Part shown: positions 28,638-42,808 of the stretch, in pieces | Position numbering within the stretch: position 1 is the first letter of the stretch | How the letters are laid out: each line of letters starts with the position of its first letter | Assembly (NCBI RefSeq): GCF_009914755.1 | Contig: NC_060927.1 | Reading direction: 5' to 3' (one strand) | Source of the DNA: the human T2T-CHM13v2.0 reference genome, Homo sapiens | Length of the DNA: 64,000 nucleotides | Translations under genes and position numbers: made by a program | Notes under the pieces: generated by a model | Seen by the model: the letters and a program-made list of their open reading frames with translations, nothing else | Told to the model about the DNA's origin: nothing | Database searches by the model: none

Positions 28638-29611
28638 AGCCCGGATAATATTCTTACAAGCATCCCCTTATTAAATTTTTTATGTATATGGAATGATTAT
28701 CTTTTTCTGCAGTTTAAAGTCATAGTAGTTCTAGCAGGTAAGTTATTTTTTCTCTATGCCTCAGTTTCCTTAACACAGCATGATGACATTTCCAGATAAT
28801 TTCTAAGGTTCCCTGAAATATAGCATTCTAAGAGTCTATATATTAGCAAAACATAATTGCACAAGCATGGGAAAGGTTACAGTGATCATCAGTCCTAACT
28901 GTTCACAGGTTTCTCCTATTCAGCTATAATTCATTATTCGCCATTTTAGAGCTTCTTGCTAGTCCTCTTAAAAATCACATAATGCAATACAAATACCCAT
29001 AATATAAATTTTGTTGGAGAAATATCAAGGACTTTGACTTTCTCCTTCAGGAGAGAAAGCTAAGCGACCAAGAGACCAATGAATCATATTTAATTGCAAA
29101 AATAAAAAAAAGAGCGAGATGAATTCTAAGTAGCAAAGGTGATCTCGCCCTCTTCTGGACAAAAGCCACAGAGGTGCTGGGAAGCAGGTTAGGCAAGACA
29201 AAGAAGGGAAACCAATTTTAGAGGAAAGATTTTCGAAAATGAGGATGTGGGGGTATTAGCTAAAAATAATGGAAGATAATAAGTACAGGCTGTTCCTTAG
29301 CACACAGAAATCAGACAATTAAGGGCCATATCTGTATTCTTTCCCTGATGCCTATGAGGGTCATAAAGCTTGAATGGCAGCTAGTAACATTCTTAGGAGG
29401 ATAGGGTAATGTCCAAAGCAACTTTTTCTTCAACTGTAATACTTTTGTGCAGGTGGACTCAAGTTAAAGGGAACAATGAGAACAAAAGGAGTCATAAGAG
29501 GTGGTAAGTCTGAGAGACCACTGGGTTGTGAAAGCTGTAAGGTCTCAGACTGCATGACATTCACATACCCAACACCTCACAAGAACTCAGTCCATAACAC
29601 AGTAGATGCTC

Positions 29612-29642
29612 TGAATGAATGAATGAATGAATGAATGAATGA
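29612..29642. repeat. (GAAT)n microsatellite (possible L2 tail)
   Basis: About 7 tandem gaat units. Confidence 0.9.
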
Positions 29643-30399
29643 TTAATCTCAAGCAATTTGCCTTAAAGAGGTAGACGGAAGGATGGGCTGCAGTGATATT
29701 ATGGGTGATGAATGAATGAGCTGGATTTCAGGTTATGTGCTGGAAGGACTATTTCTATCTTAGCCACATGCATGGGTTACCACCCACTGATCAGCAGTGT
29801 GGAGTGGGAGGCAAAGGTGGAAAGAGAAGTAACGCAAAGCTTGTTGCTTGATGATTGTGATTGTTCTTCATCCCCTAGTCTTGGGCATTCACTGGCTACT
29901 TTCCCAAAACAATCTGTCAAACAAATTAGACTCTGGGAGAAATTCAATAATGCTAAATATTCAATGGTAACTCTAATAAAATATTTGTCTTAAATTTAAG
30001 CCAAAAGTCCTTCAGAAATTTAGTATCTCCTTCCAGCTGGAGCCAAACAGTCATAAGACTTCCCATAATAAGTGAGCCCTCTGTCTGCCCGAGGAAATTC
30101 ACCCATTATACGCATGGGATAGTCACGTGATGCTGTACTGTATTCCTCCTTTGTGAGTTTGTTTCCATTTTTTCCTTTTGGATATGAGGAAGTAAGCCTA
30201 GTCTAGGATCCTAAAGACTGGAGTCTTGCTGTTTATTAGTTGTGTATCCTTAGGTAAATCTCCAAGTTTTCTAATTTGTTAAACAAACATAACAGATTAT
30301 TGTGGGAATTAAATTTTCTAAAAACTCTGCAAAGTCATTCCATAAAAATTGGGGTGTAATTCTAACAAATGACCTAAAAGACCCTTCTGTCATAGCCTG

Positions 30400-30865
30400 T
30401 GCTTATCTCTTCAGTCTCCTCTTGTGTTTCTCTCCCTTTGCTCATTCACTTCCTGTTACACAGGCCTTCTTTCTAGGTAGTGCTCAAATATCAACCTCTC
30501 TCCCACATCGGGACTGAAATGCTTTCCCCCTAACACCCTCTGCTTTCTCTTTCCCATCTTGCTCTCAGCTCATATAACATCTTTTATTCAAAGAAGGTTT
30601 TTCTATTCACCCCACCAAATGTTTCACACTGGTACATTTCATTCCTACCACCAACTGGTCATAGACCACCACATTATCCTGTTTTATTTTCTTGGTACTA
30701 ATTATCACCATTTGAATTTATTCTAATTTGTTTGCTTACTTGTTCTTTAGTTGTCTCCCTCCAACTAATAATATAAACACGAATACAGCAGAGACCTTAT
30801 ACCACTTGTACCTAAAATAATGTCTGGCAGGTACATTGTAGATGGTGAATAAACATTTGAATTAA
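30400..30865 (+). mobile_element. L2 3' fragment
   Basis: ttgtctccctccaacta...aatgtctggca...gtagatggtgaataaacatttgaatt; boundaries approximate. Confidence 0.55.
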
Positions 30866-30984
30866 AGTAGCAAATCCATGAATTAAAATATTTGAATGAC
30901 AAGAATTTATAAACTGTGAAGTGCTATACACATGTAAGGTGGTATTTACTTCTGTGGAGAGGGTGCTATAAGTGAAACAACAGG

Positions 30985-31170
30985 GGGAAGAATGCCAGAT
31001 TTGAATTTTAAATTGGCTATTTTTCGTAGGACAAGTCATTCCTTTGCTTCTATGTACATTGGTTCTCTCACCTGAAAAGTGAGAAAAAATGATATTTATC
31101 TCATAGACTATTTTGATACTGAGATTTAATACATGCAAAATCGCTGTGAACGTTAAAAATTGCTCATGTA
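30985..31170 (+). mobile_element. MIR
   Basis: ggacaagtcattcctttgcttctatg...ctcacctgaaaagtgag. Confidence 0.55.
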
Positions 31171-31854
31171 AGTTTTAGCCATTCTCCTACATATGATCCT
31201 AAGCTTTGGAAATGGGGAAATTCTTAATATCTTCTTTATTTCAAAAGAGCAAGAGTTTTGGGTGACATTGGTGCAAAATTGTGAAGGGAGTTTATTGTAC
31301 CCAAACTTTCCCCCAAATCATTAAACTTCTGTGGTCCATGGCTTCATTTGCATTAGGTACATACATCTGTATGTCCTAATTAGAATCATTGGCAAGAATC
31401 TTCAGGAAGGAGTTTAGCCTTTTGCCCTCAAGAAAGAAGTTAATTCTTTCCAAAACAGCCACCTCATTTTTTATGCTGCAGAAGACAGGTAGCAAAGGCA
31501 TTAATGTTGCTTAAGGATATCAGACTAAGTAGTCGGATTAACATCAATTTACAAATAAAGCAGGATAAGCCATTTTAAATAAGGTGCATTATATTTTATT
31601 TAGCAACAACTCTTTGCCTCTTCTATGTGTGTGTGATGACAACCATTCTAATGCTTTCACAAAGAAGCCTGCCTGAAAAGGAAGAAAAAAAGGATGAGTG
31701 TGCCCGTACTTGATTTGAGTGTGTGTGCTGTGCTTCTGTGTTGAAATCCAGATGTGCTTCACAGGCTACACAAATCCATTCCAAATGTTCGGCCTCATCC
31801 TTTGACTCTAGGGGAAACTTAGTGCTTGATTGACTCACTACCCTCCAGCACAAG

Positions 31855-32060
31855 ACTTAGAAGCAGGAAGTCTGGTTTAGGTAGTGAGTCTGACATTTAT
31901 GACCCATGTGGGACCTTAGGCTACCATTTTTATTCCCTTAGCTTTAAATCCCTCTGCTGCAAAATGAAGATAAAATTGACATCTGCCCCATGGGTAGGGA
32001 TGGGAGGAAATAATGTGGGGGAAAACACTTTGTAAAAGGTGAAGTGCCATGTAAATGCCT
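31855..32060 (+). mobile_element. MIR
   Basis: tgtgggaccttaggc...ctgcaaaatgaagataaaa...aaaacactttgtaaa. Confidence 0.55.
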
Positions 32061-33574
32061 CACATTCTAAATCTTGCCCTCTTCCGGCTTGAACCTTCTG
32101 CCTCAAGGAATTATCATGCTGCTTCCCTAGGCAGATGGGTTTGCTACACTCAAGGACCTGAGTGCTCCTAGGGAAGGGAAATACATGGCACAGGTGCAGC
32201 TTTCCTTATTCCTGAGCCCCACAGTCAGCATTGCTAATGATCACTACACTTTTTCCTACCAAGTCTGGACCCAATCTCAAAATCCCTCTCATAACATTCC
32301 AGGAGCTACCATCAATTGTTGGAGTAGGCATGGGAGGATAAAGCTGATTGGCCATCTCTGTTAAGCCTCTAAGACCTGTGACCAAAGGATCCCACACTCT
32401 CTCCTCCATTGTCCAGATTGAGGACACACAGATCGCAGCACAGTGCCTAGAGATGACATCCAGCAGTGACAGAACCACTTCACAGTCAACACACATGTAC
32501 ACAGAGCAGAGCTAGCTCAAGCATTCATCTGTTAAATCTGAGTTAATTTCATAGTGGAAAAAAAAGCAAATGTTCAGGGAATGTTGGCAACAGTACAATT
32601 TATGATGAATCAAATTGCCTGAAGAGATGTGGAAAAGGGTTTTGGAAAGAACAAAGACTCTGGGACTGAGCAGCGAATGTCAAGTTAGCTATGTAACTGT
32701 TGGGTGTGTGTACATCATGTAACTGGATCAATCCCTTAATTGCTCTGTTTTTCTATCAAACAGGATAATTAGAAGACATTTTGATTCTCAGTTGAATCAA
32801 TTCTTACCTTAGGCTTTGAGAATTGTGTCTTACAGGGAACCTCAGATGTTAATACTGAAATATTTTCTTTCTTAGTTCCTGAAGGAAGGGTTTAGTTTCA
32901 TCTTGTAAGTGTGCCACAGGTCCTGCCTTGGAAATCCAGATATCAGATAGCAGTCTTAAATGAACACAAGTTGACCTTCACATCTCAAACTTCCTCACAT
33001 GCAAATAGAGGCCCATTTCTTTTATTCAGTCCTGGTGTAAGTTTGCCAGGCATGAGGTGACCCGATGTATTATTTTATCAACAGCAAAGCAATCTCATTT
33101 CATGAGAACTGCACCTGCCCATTACTCAACCTGTATGAAGGAAACCGCTCTGCTTTGAGTCATCAGGGATATGACAAAAGGAAGACTTCTGTAAAACATG
33201 TTTTCTTAAGAAGAAGAAAATGTATTTTATATGCAGAAATATAACAAAAATCCCACATCTTCACCAGTCTAATTTGGCAAGAGGTAATTTACAATTTTCA
33301 TGTTAATAATTTCTTTTAAGTTATAAAAGCTTAAAAGCTCATAATAGATAATGTGAAGAAAAAAAGTGGCAAATATTTTAATTTTTCTGACCCTAAAGAT
33401 TGTTGTTTTTATTTGCTTTAAAGTGTTGGCTTTAGGGCTTAACTGAAGAAATGCATCTTAAGAAAAATGGATCTTTATTTTGGACAAGGGATATTATAGC
33501 TCCTTTTATTACCTGCTGACCTTTTATGAGCTATCTTTTATTTTACTGTTGAGTAGTTAATAATACCCTTGTAG

Positions 33575-33780
33575 TTTAGAAAGCACTTTTAAAAAATTTT
33601 ATGTATCTCATTTGATCCTCTCATGATAGTTTTAGCAATATAAACACCAATTTTCAAATGAAATATGGAGATTCCGGTGGTTTAAGGCACTTGACCAAGG
33701 CCACATAGCTCGAAAGTGAAAAAAAATAGGGCTGAACCTAGGTAAATGAATTTCTAGAATGATGTTCTTTACTGCCACAC
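33575..33780 (-). mobile_element. MIR
   Basis: tctcatttgatcctctc...ttgaccaaggccacatagct. Confidence 0.6.
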
Positions 33781-34564
33781 ACTCTATGACTTAAAACAGG
33801 GATTATGTTTTCTGTGAAGCCTAAACTAAAACGGAGGATTTTTACCTAATAGAAATGCCTAGGGCCAGGAGAGTGGGCCAAAAGAAAATCAACATGAGAA
33901 ATCTGAGAACTAAATATCAGAGAAAACAAATCCATAGGAGCCAAGGATGCCAAGCCTGAGGTCGGGTGAAGGTAATATCAAAACAAAAGCAGCTGGGTAT
34001 AAATAAGAGGACACCCTAAGCAATTGATTTGCATATCGGCTGTTATTTACAGTGTACCTTGGAAACTTAAAGTTTTGTGATGCTTGAGTAAGTGGATTGG
34101 TTCAATGGGCCAGAAGCAAAAATGGCAATGTATAGTCTTTCCATGTGGATAGGGATACAGTGCCTGACTCTGTCCAGGCTGGACTTCTATTGGTTCTCTG
34201 GCTTTGCTGTAATAGGATGAATGACATTTGTAAGAAGCTACACAAGTAAAGGGTTGTCACCAGTGAAGAGTGACAGGAATGACACGTTTTAGTTTGTTGT
34301 TGCCATTAATGCAGACTGTCATAACACTTAGATTCTACTTGACATAGAAATGGAAACCAGCCATGTGGGACTGGACGTGTTTAAGAATGAAGGGAGCATG
34401 TGTATCACTGGTAGACGACAGAGCCAAGTAGTAAAGTGAGTCATTGCCAAAACACAAAACATAAGGCATGACAGATTCCTGCAGCTGACTCATGAGGAGA
34501 GCCAGCCAGAGACCTAACCAATAGAAGATGCCGAAGACTAGGGACCAAGAGTGAGTCTGTTGAT

Positions 34565-34810
34565 CATAATAGTGATTGCTGTAATTTAGTGTATTCTTAC
34601 TATTAATATGTGTTAGGCATGTTTACAGTGACATAAATATTTTTTCATTAATACTCAAATACTATAAACTGGTTATTTTTAAGGACATTTTTATAGGTAA
34701 GAAAACTAGTTCAGAGAGATCAATGAGTTATTTGGGTCAGACAGCTAGCAGGAGGCAAGGCAGGAATGAGCAAGGTGCCTGGTTCTGAAGTCTGTGCACT
34801 TGGCCAACAT
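34565..34810 (-). mobile_element. MIR
   Basis: atttttataggtaagaaaactagttcagagaga...ggtcagacagctag. Confidence 0.55.
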
Positions 34811-37800
34811 GTTAAACTTTCTTCTCATTACACACAGCAGTTAGACAATAAGTTGAGTTGTCAACTCCCTGGGTACCAGTGACTAGTTAGTTTATATGGT
34901 CTTATCAGATTTTATTAATTTTAGAGTGGACTGAGCATCATGGGAGTAGGCAATTCAATGTTTCAAGCACAGCTCTAAGGAGTAAGCTTTCACAGAGATT
35001 TACGGAAGCCATTGCCTATATTTTAATATCCTTTATATTCCTTTCCAGTGCATTTTATTCTATCTACCACAATAATCTACATCTCATGACAAGCAGCTGA
35101 GGACACATAAAAGAGAAAGAGCAAGCCTGTAAATGCAACCTTAAGGGATGGCCAGTTTGAAGATTGCTGTCTTTGGGGGGTCTCATTTTGATCTGTGAAT
35201 CTTCTTGTGGATGTTTGGCATCATATCCGAAAAAAACATAAATGAATCTTCCTGGTTTTTCTACATTGAAGCCAAGAATATATTGCTTCACTTATGTCCA
35301 TCAAACCCTAGTATTACAAAAAATGCTAAAGCACTTCTAACTATACCCTCTAAATGGAGACTGTAAAATATTCTGAGACAAAGGGAATTTGAACATTGTT
35401 AAGAATGCAGAATTTTATGCTGAAGAACAAAAGGAAGGGAAACATAGGCCAACCCGTTCAAAATCCTCCAAGTTCAGTTTCTAATATAGCTCACTCCATT
35501 TCTTTTTGAGTAACTCCAACCTTTCCAATGGAAATGTTATTTGTAATTTAAAAGGATCGTTAGAGCTGAGTCAGTGTTTTAGTATTCGTCAGTGTTTTTG
35601 GTTTTAAGCAAGAGAAATTGAATCGATCTGATTTCAGCAGAAAAGGAGCTCATTATACATACAGAGAGAGAGAGAATGGAAGGAGGAATTAAGTCTGATG
35701 AGGATGCTGCTGCCATGATGGCCACAGATGACACTGAATACCATCTTCACTGTGGTTACTAGATTCTGGATACAGCCCCTAGACACCCTGCCACTGCTGC
35801 CAATAAAATAAATTCTCCCTAAGCCCTGCGTTCTTGCATCACTGGCTCCTGATTCAAATTATCATGTGGGTGAACATGATTGGCTAACCTAGATTGTGTG
35901 TTCATATTCTAGCTGCAAAGGAGGCTGGGAAATTTATAATATGCCCTTGTTGGCTTATATAGTCAAAGGCTGGCTCTGCTTCCCTTCAAAATTTATGAGG
36001 TAGGAATTCCCCCTGATCATAGGGTTGGAGGAGTTAATATGCTGGTTGGCCAAAAATGTAACATTTTTTTCATATTCCACCTCTTGAGTTTTCCTAATAA
36101 TATATTTTTTTCAAACTCTGTCACAGCCATGTGTTTTAAAGGCCATTACTTTTTTGTTTATTTATTTCAAGTCTTTAAAAAAAGTTTATGAAGTTCAAAA
36201 TTATTCTTATACCATTCTTAAAAATCTATTCGAAGACTTTTTCTCTGGGCAGCTAGCATACTCCTAAGGCTGGGTACGTTAGGTTTCCAATCCAATAAGC
36301 TTTATTTTAGTTTTTGGGCCAAAAGGACTCATTTATACTTAGTTCAATCAGTCAGAAAAATCCATGCTTGCTAAAAAGGAAGGGAAAATCAAGCAAATGC
36401 AATTGACAGGACATCAAGATCTAAACAAATATCTACCACATAGATATCCTTTTATTTTGAATTGCAGTTCTCTGGCAACAAATGGTCCAAATATAAACAA
36501 TTTAGTAGAAATTCTAGAAAGAAATTGCTTAGAATAGCAGGGACTTCATGCTCTTAAACAAGCCCTAAAAGAATCAGAACATGCCCTTCTTTGTTCAATT
36601 CCATGAAATCTGTTTCGAATCAAGCTGATGATCAAATCTCTTCAAAAGAGAACCCTGGGCATATCTATAGGTTGACATGGAAAACTCTTTCTCCTATGGA
36701 GTTAAAATGAATATATGCATATGTGTATATGTGTGTAAATGTAATTTTTTTTAGCAGAAATATTCATGTTCATTATTTTTAGATGTTGGCCATGCAGTAT
36801 TTCTCATATATAAGACCAACAGATGGCTGAGTTAGGATCTAGTTGGTGAAATTTATTGGTCAAAATTTACAGTTGCGGTAGTGGATTGAACACACTCATC
36901 TATCTCCACTCTCTCCTGAAACCCAATTTAATAAGAAAAGACAGCAAAGAAAAAAAACTTAAAGTTTAAACCTAAACAGACAAATAGAATTGGAAAGAAG
37001 GCAACGATAGCTAAATTTGAGGTATCTAGAAAGCACAAGGATGAGTTTCTGACTTAGAAAGGCAGAAAAAGCTGAAACATAAATCAGAATGGATTGAGTA
37101 AATGAACAGGAAGCCGGTCTATTCACACTGCAAAACTCTAAGACGTTTCTATTGTGAGAGATGCTAGGAATTTTTGAAGACAGAGGTACAGATTTGGGCT
37201 AGAAAAAGATTGGTTGAAAGTCTTCATAAAGGATATTTAGAAACCAACATATACTTACCCTTCCTTGTTAGAATACTGGAGGTTTTCCTTTCAAAGATGA
37301 CAGAACATACAGGCTCTAGGCTCTCAGAGACACCAAGTTTAACAAAGGACAAGTGTGAGGAGGGTACCCTTTAAATAAGAGCATGAAGGGTGAATAGGCA
37401 CAGCGACTGTGAACATCCGTCCTCTTTCTGGATGATGGAGAAGTGGCTTAGATACGTGTGGAACATGGTAATCAGTATATCATAGTCACTGACGCTGGTA
37501 ATAGTACTAGAGCAGGGTCCCAGTAGACCTACTGGCTCCCAGCTATACTTGCTATTGCTAGACAGTGATGAAATGGGGGGCCTGGGGCTTCTGTTGTGTG
37601 TGTCAATATTTTGAAAACTGCAATGGCCATAGCATTGAATACATGGTGAATAGCAACCCTAGTTATACCTCCAGGAAGATAAAATGGAAAATTGTTGTGG
37701 GTTAATGGATTGGCCTAATAGAAAAGAACCCAGATCCTGACATTTGAGGTTCCTAACAAAATGGCAAAATTCCTGCCTGATCACATTACAGTGAAGCCTA

Positions 37801-38805
37801 CCAGGCAATAAATATTCTCTTCATGTTCATCACTTCCAATCTGTATTTTTGATGATGATGATGATAATTATTATTATTATATGAATGGCCAAAAATATCT
37901 AGGGATTAAAGAAAAGCCTACATTTGTATTTAAATAACCTATAGCAAAAGGGAAATGAGGAAAGAGAAACAGTTTAAAAAATGAAAGGAGACACTTTAAA
38001 AGCTGACTTCATATTCTCAGAGATATTTATTCACTCAAAAAAATTTGTGAAACATGGTGACAAATTCTATTCTAGTATTAGAATTATAACATTTAACAAA
38101 ATAGACAAATATACTTCCTTATGGAGTTTATATAATGTATACTCCACTGTGCTAATTGTATATACTATAGACAACATACTAGAACCATGTTACATAGCAA
38201 TAAGAACAATGAAGAAAATACAGGAAAGGAAGGAAATGGAGAGTGATGGGGCAGATGACAGTGGTTACGGAGAGCTATTTTATACAGTGTACTAGGAAAG
38301 GCTGGAGTAACCAACATATAAATGATATTTAAAGCTATGGAAGTAAATAAGACTACATAAGAAGAAAATGTGGGTAGAGAAAAGAAGAGATCTGAGGGCC
38401 GAGTCTTGAGTACATCAACATTCAGAGAGTGAAAGAAGCAGAGGAGATGGATGAGAGATTGCATCCAGGAAAAAAAAGGAAGTTCTAAAAAAGGAATACA
38501 GAGAGTATAAGAAAGAACATTTGTGAATTAAAATTTGATAGCAGAAATAAAAAATTCAAAAGAGAGTTGAGAGACAAAGTTAAGTAAGTCTCTCAGAGAG
38601 GAGAACAAAAAGAAATGTAAAATGTGGAGGAAAGATCAGAAATGTAAAATATCACATTAGTGGTTTCATTGTCCAAATGACAGGCGTTTCAGGAAAAACA
38701 AACATAAAATGGAGGAGAGGAAATTAAGACAAGATTATGCAATGAATTTCCCAGAAGAAAGAATGCAAGTTTGTGGATTGAAGGGGTCTTCTGAGTTCCC
38801 AACAC

Positions 38806-38843
38806 TATATATATACATAGGCATACACACAGACACACACACA

Positions 38844-38902
<59 letters not shown>
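38806..38902. repeat. Compound (TA)n-(CA)n-(TA)n microsatellite
   Basis: Long CA run at ~38825-38891 flanked by TA runs. Confidence 0.97.
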
Positions 38903-39559
38903 TTCTCGAGGCTGAGCTAATGAAAAGCTCAGGAATTAGAATGGCATTAAACATTTCAAAAATAAACTGGGATATAAAAGAAAATAGAGCAATGTCCTTT
39001 AAATTCTGAGGGAAACTAAATTTTGTATGCAGCTAAACTATCCATCAAGGGTAAGAAGACAAATAAAGATTATACATCTTCAGATATGTAAGACCTCAAA
39101 AATATTACCTTCCCCACAATGTTACTGGAATATTTGTTCCAGCAAAATGGGAACATAACTGTGAAAGAGGAAGACACTGGCCTCAGGAAACAAGAAACAT
39201 ACATGGAAGAATCAAAGGCCAATTTCAAAATCATGGTAAAAAGAGATCCCAGAACAACAGATTTGAGCAAGGCTAGAGAGCAACAAGTCAAGATTAGAGA
39301 AAAAAGGCAGAGGGCTCCACAGAAATGTATCTAAGAAAGAAAAAAATGTCTAACATAATGCCTGGCTTGCTTGAGCAGATATATACAATTCTGTCAGAAT
39401 TGGGAAATAAATTTAATTATAGAATAATTAAAAATAAGAAAATAAGAGTAAGAAAAAAAGAAGAAAAATAAAATTATAAAAGAAAGTGTAATCTAGGACA
39501 ATATATGACTCTACTATGAATATCTACTTAGTCTTAAAAATATCAACATCAATATTGAT

Positions 39560-40139
39560 TGTACTGGACCCAGTTTGCATGACCCAGATTTGCTTGGCCT
39601 CACCTGCTCTTCACTGCCCACTCCATGCTTTTGCCCTTGCTCAGTGGAGAATACTAGCCACTAGGTTGTTGCCTCATCTCAGCCCCTCCCGGGGTGGGAG
39701 CAGGGCATCTGTGTGTATGCATCACAGCCCCCACAGGAGCCCTTGAACTCCAGGTTTAGGTCCACAGAGTCCCCCTCTCCTGTGACTGGTTGGAGGGCTG
39801 GGTCACACAACTTGCAAGTGTGGAGTAGTTAAGATTTTACGGGGCAAACTTTGATGACTTATGGGAAGGAGCTAACAAAGTCTTTACTCTTCTTCCTCTA
39901 GAACAGGGCATTTCTGTGGTTAAGCGGTTCCAGTCTCTCATTCTGGAAGCTTCTTATGTGGCCAAGTGTTGGCTAGGTTTCCTGTTAGGCTACAGCTGCT
40001 CAGTAATGCATCACCACTTGTATTTGCTTTCTTCTTTTTTCCCATACCTCCTACTCTTGTGTCTTGGAATGCACCCAATCAAGCCTTAGCATGTAAACTT
40101 TGTTTAAGCACTGTTTTCTGGGGAACATAGAATAACACA
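39560..40139 (+). mobile_element. Old ERVL-type LTR (LTR33/LTR50 group)
   Basis: 3' end aagccttagcatgtaaactttgttt...ctgttttctggggaaca...aca is typical of ERVL LTRs. Confidence 0.45.
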
Positions 40140-40451
40140 TTGACAACCAAAAAGGGCCATGTAACTTTACTGAGAAGCTGAAGAGAGATAGAGAATGAGA
40201 TTGGGAGAGAGAGAGAGAGACAGAGACAGACAGAGGAGGACATAAAGAATAAAATTCTCATCTTGTAGGAAATCAATACATAATAGTTAAAACAGAAAAA
40301 TCTAGAAACAACAATATAATTATATATTATAATATGTAACGTGATTCAGAAGAATGGAGATTAGTGCCTAAAGAAATATCTAAATTAAAAAAAAAAAGTT
40401 CCTTCCAGAGAGTAAGAATCAGTGTGTGAAGAGGTATTAAAGAAATTTATG

Positions 40452-41100
<649 letters not shown>

Positions 41101-41258
41101 AATCCAAACTCTGAATGTTAAAAAAATTAAGCACAAGAATATGTATTCAATATATATTGCAATTGTTCCATCTATTTTGAGTGCAATATAATGTAAACAC
41201 AGGTCAGGAAAGAGCAGATCTTGAAATTTATATAGAAAAATATACAAAGTTGTACCAA

Positions 41259-41519
<261 letters not shown>

Positions 41520-42256
41520 TGAAATTTCCAGTGCTTTTTTTTTTTAAGGTCTTTGAATATTTTGAACCGTGCTTGGGTTGTATTTATAAATAAGATGAGT
41601 AAGAAAGCTATTTTCCAACAAGAAAACGTTGGTCAGATGGATCAGGTATTCATTATAGTTCATAACATGAGAAAAGATATTTATTACATGTTTAAGATTA
41701 TTTGTGAACTAAAATGTACTCTAAAACAAAAGCGTGATCTATGACATTTACCTAACACAGAACATGCTACCTTGTATTAGTTATTTTTTCAGTTGCATGT
41801 GTCTTGTCTCCTCAATGATAATGTAAGTTACCTTGAAGAAAGTGCTTCTCCTAGCTGCCTTTCTATCCTTCACAGTTCCAAGCAATTACAGGTGCACACA
41901 CACACACAAACACACACACATGCATAAAGAAAATATATAGATAAAGACCATGTTGAAAGTTAGATATAAGCTTGTCAAGTTCACAACCTATAAGTAAAAT
42001 GATTTTTTTTCTAAGGATGAAAGGAGTAATGGAAAAAGGAAAGGAAGTAATTATAAGTGGTGGTGCATTACTGAGTGGCTGACAAGAAACCTAGCCAACC
42101 ATTGGGCCACATAGCAGCCTCCAGAGTGGAAGACTGGAACCATTTAACCTCAGAAATCCCCGTTCCAGAGGAGGAAGAGTAAATAATTTTTTAGCTCCTT
42201 CCCATGCCCTGTTTTTCATAAGTCATCAAAGTTTGCCCCATAAAGCCTTCAAGCCT

Positions 42257-42808
42257 AGGATGGTTGATTTTATGTGTCAACTTGACTGGACCATGGAATG
42301 CCAGGATATTGAGTCAAACATTACTCTGGGTGTGTATGTGACAGTGTTTCTGGACAAGATTAACATTTGATCAAAGTAGATTACCCTATCTAATGTGAGT
42401 GGGCCCCAACCAATCAGTTGAGGGCCTGAATAGAACAAAAAGTCTGACTCTTTGTAAGTAAGAGGGAATTCCTTCTGCCTGATTGCTTGAGCTGGGACCT
42501 TGGTCTTTTTCTGCCTTTGGACTTGAACTGAAACATCAGCTCTTCTCGGGTCTTGAACCTAGAGGCTTTCAAAATGGCTGAGAAATCCCAAGCTTGAGAA
42601 GCTTATACCATGAGCTCTCTTGGGTCTCCAGCTTGCCAACTGAAAATCTTGGGACTTCTCAGCCTTCATAATCATGTGAGCTAATTCCTTATAATAGATC
42701 ATTATATCTATCTACCTACCTACCTACCTAACTACTGACTGACCGATCTACCTAGATGGATATAATCTCCTGTTGGTTCTATTTCTCTGGAGAATTCTGA
42801 TTAATACA
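42257..42808 (+). mobile_element. MLT2-type ERVL LTR
   Basis: gatggttgattttatgtgtcaacttgactgg...tcctgttggttctatttctctggagaattctgattaataca. Confidence 0.9.

Larger units (their letters stand above)
36870..40450 (+). mobile_element. Fragmented HAL1/old L1M-like element interrupted by L2, a microsatellite and an LTR
   Basis: A-rich ORF1-like tract 38460-39100; aatattacct...gttactggaatatttgttccagcaaaatg...gaaagaggaagacactggcctcaggaaaca resembles HAL1. Boundaries approximate. Confidence 0.55.

Noticed and set aside
38689-38915. ORFs with (CV)n or (HT)n
   Set aside because: Translations of the CA microsatellite.
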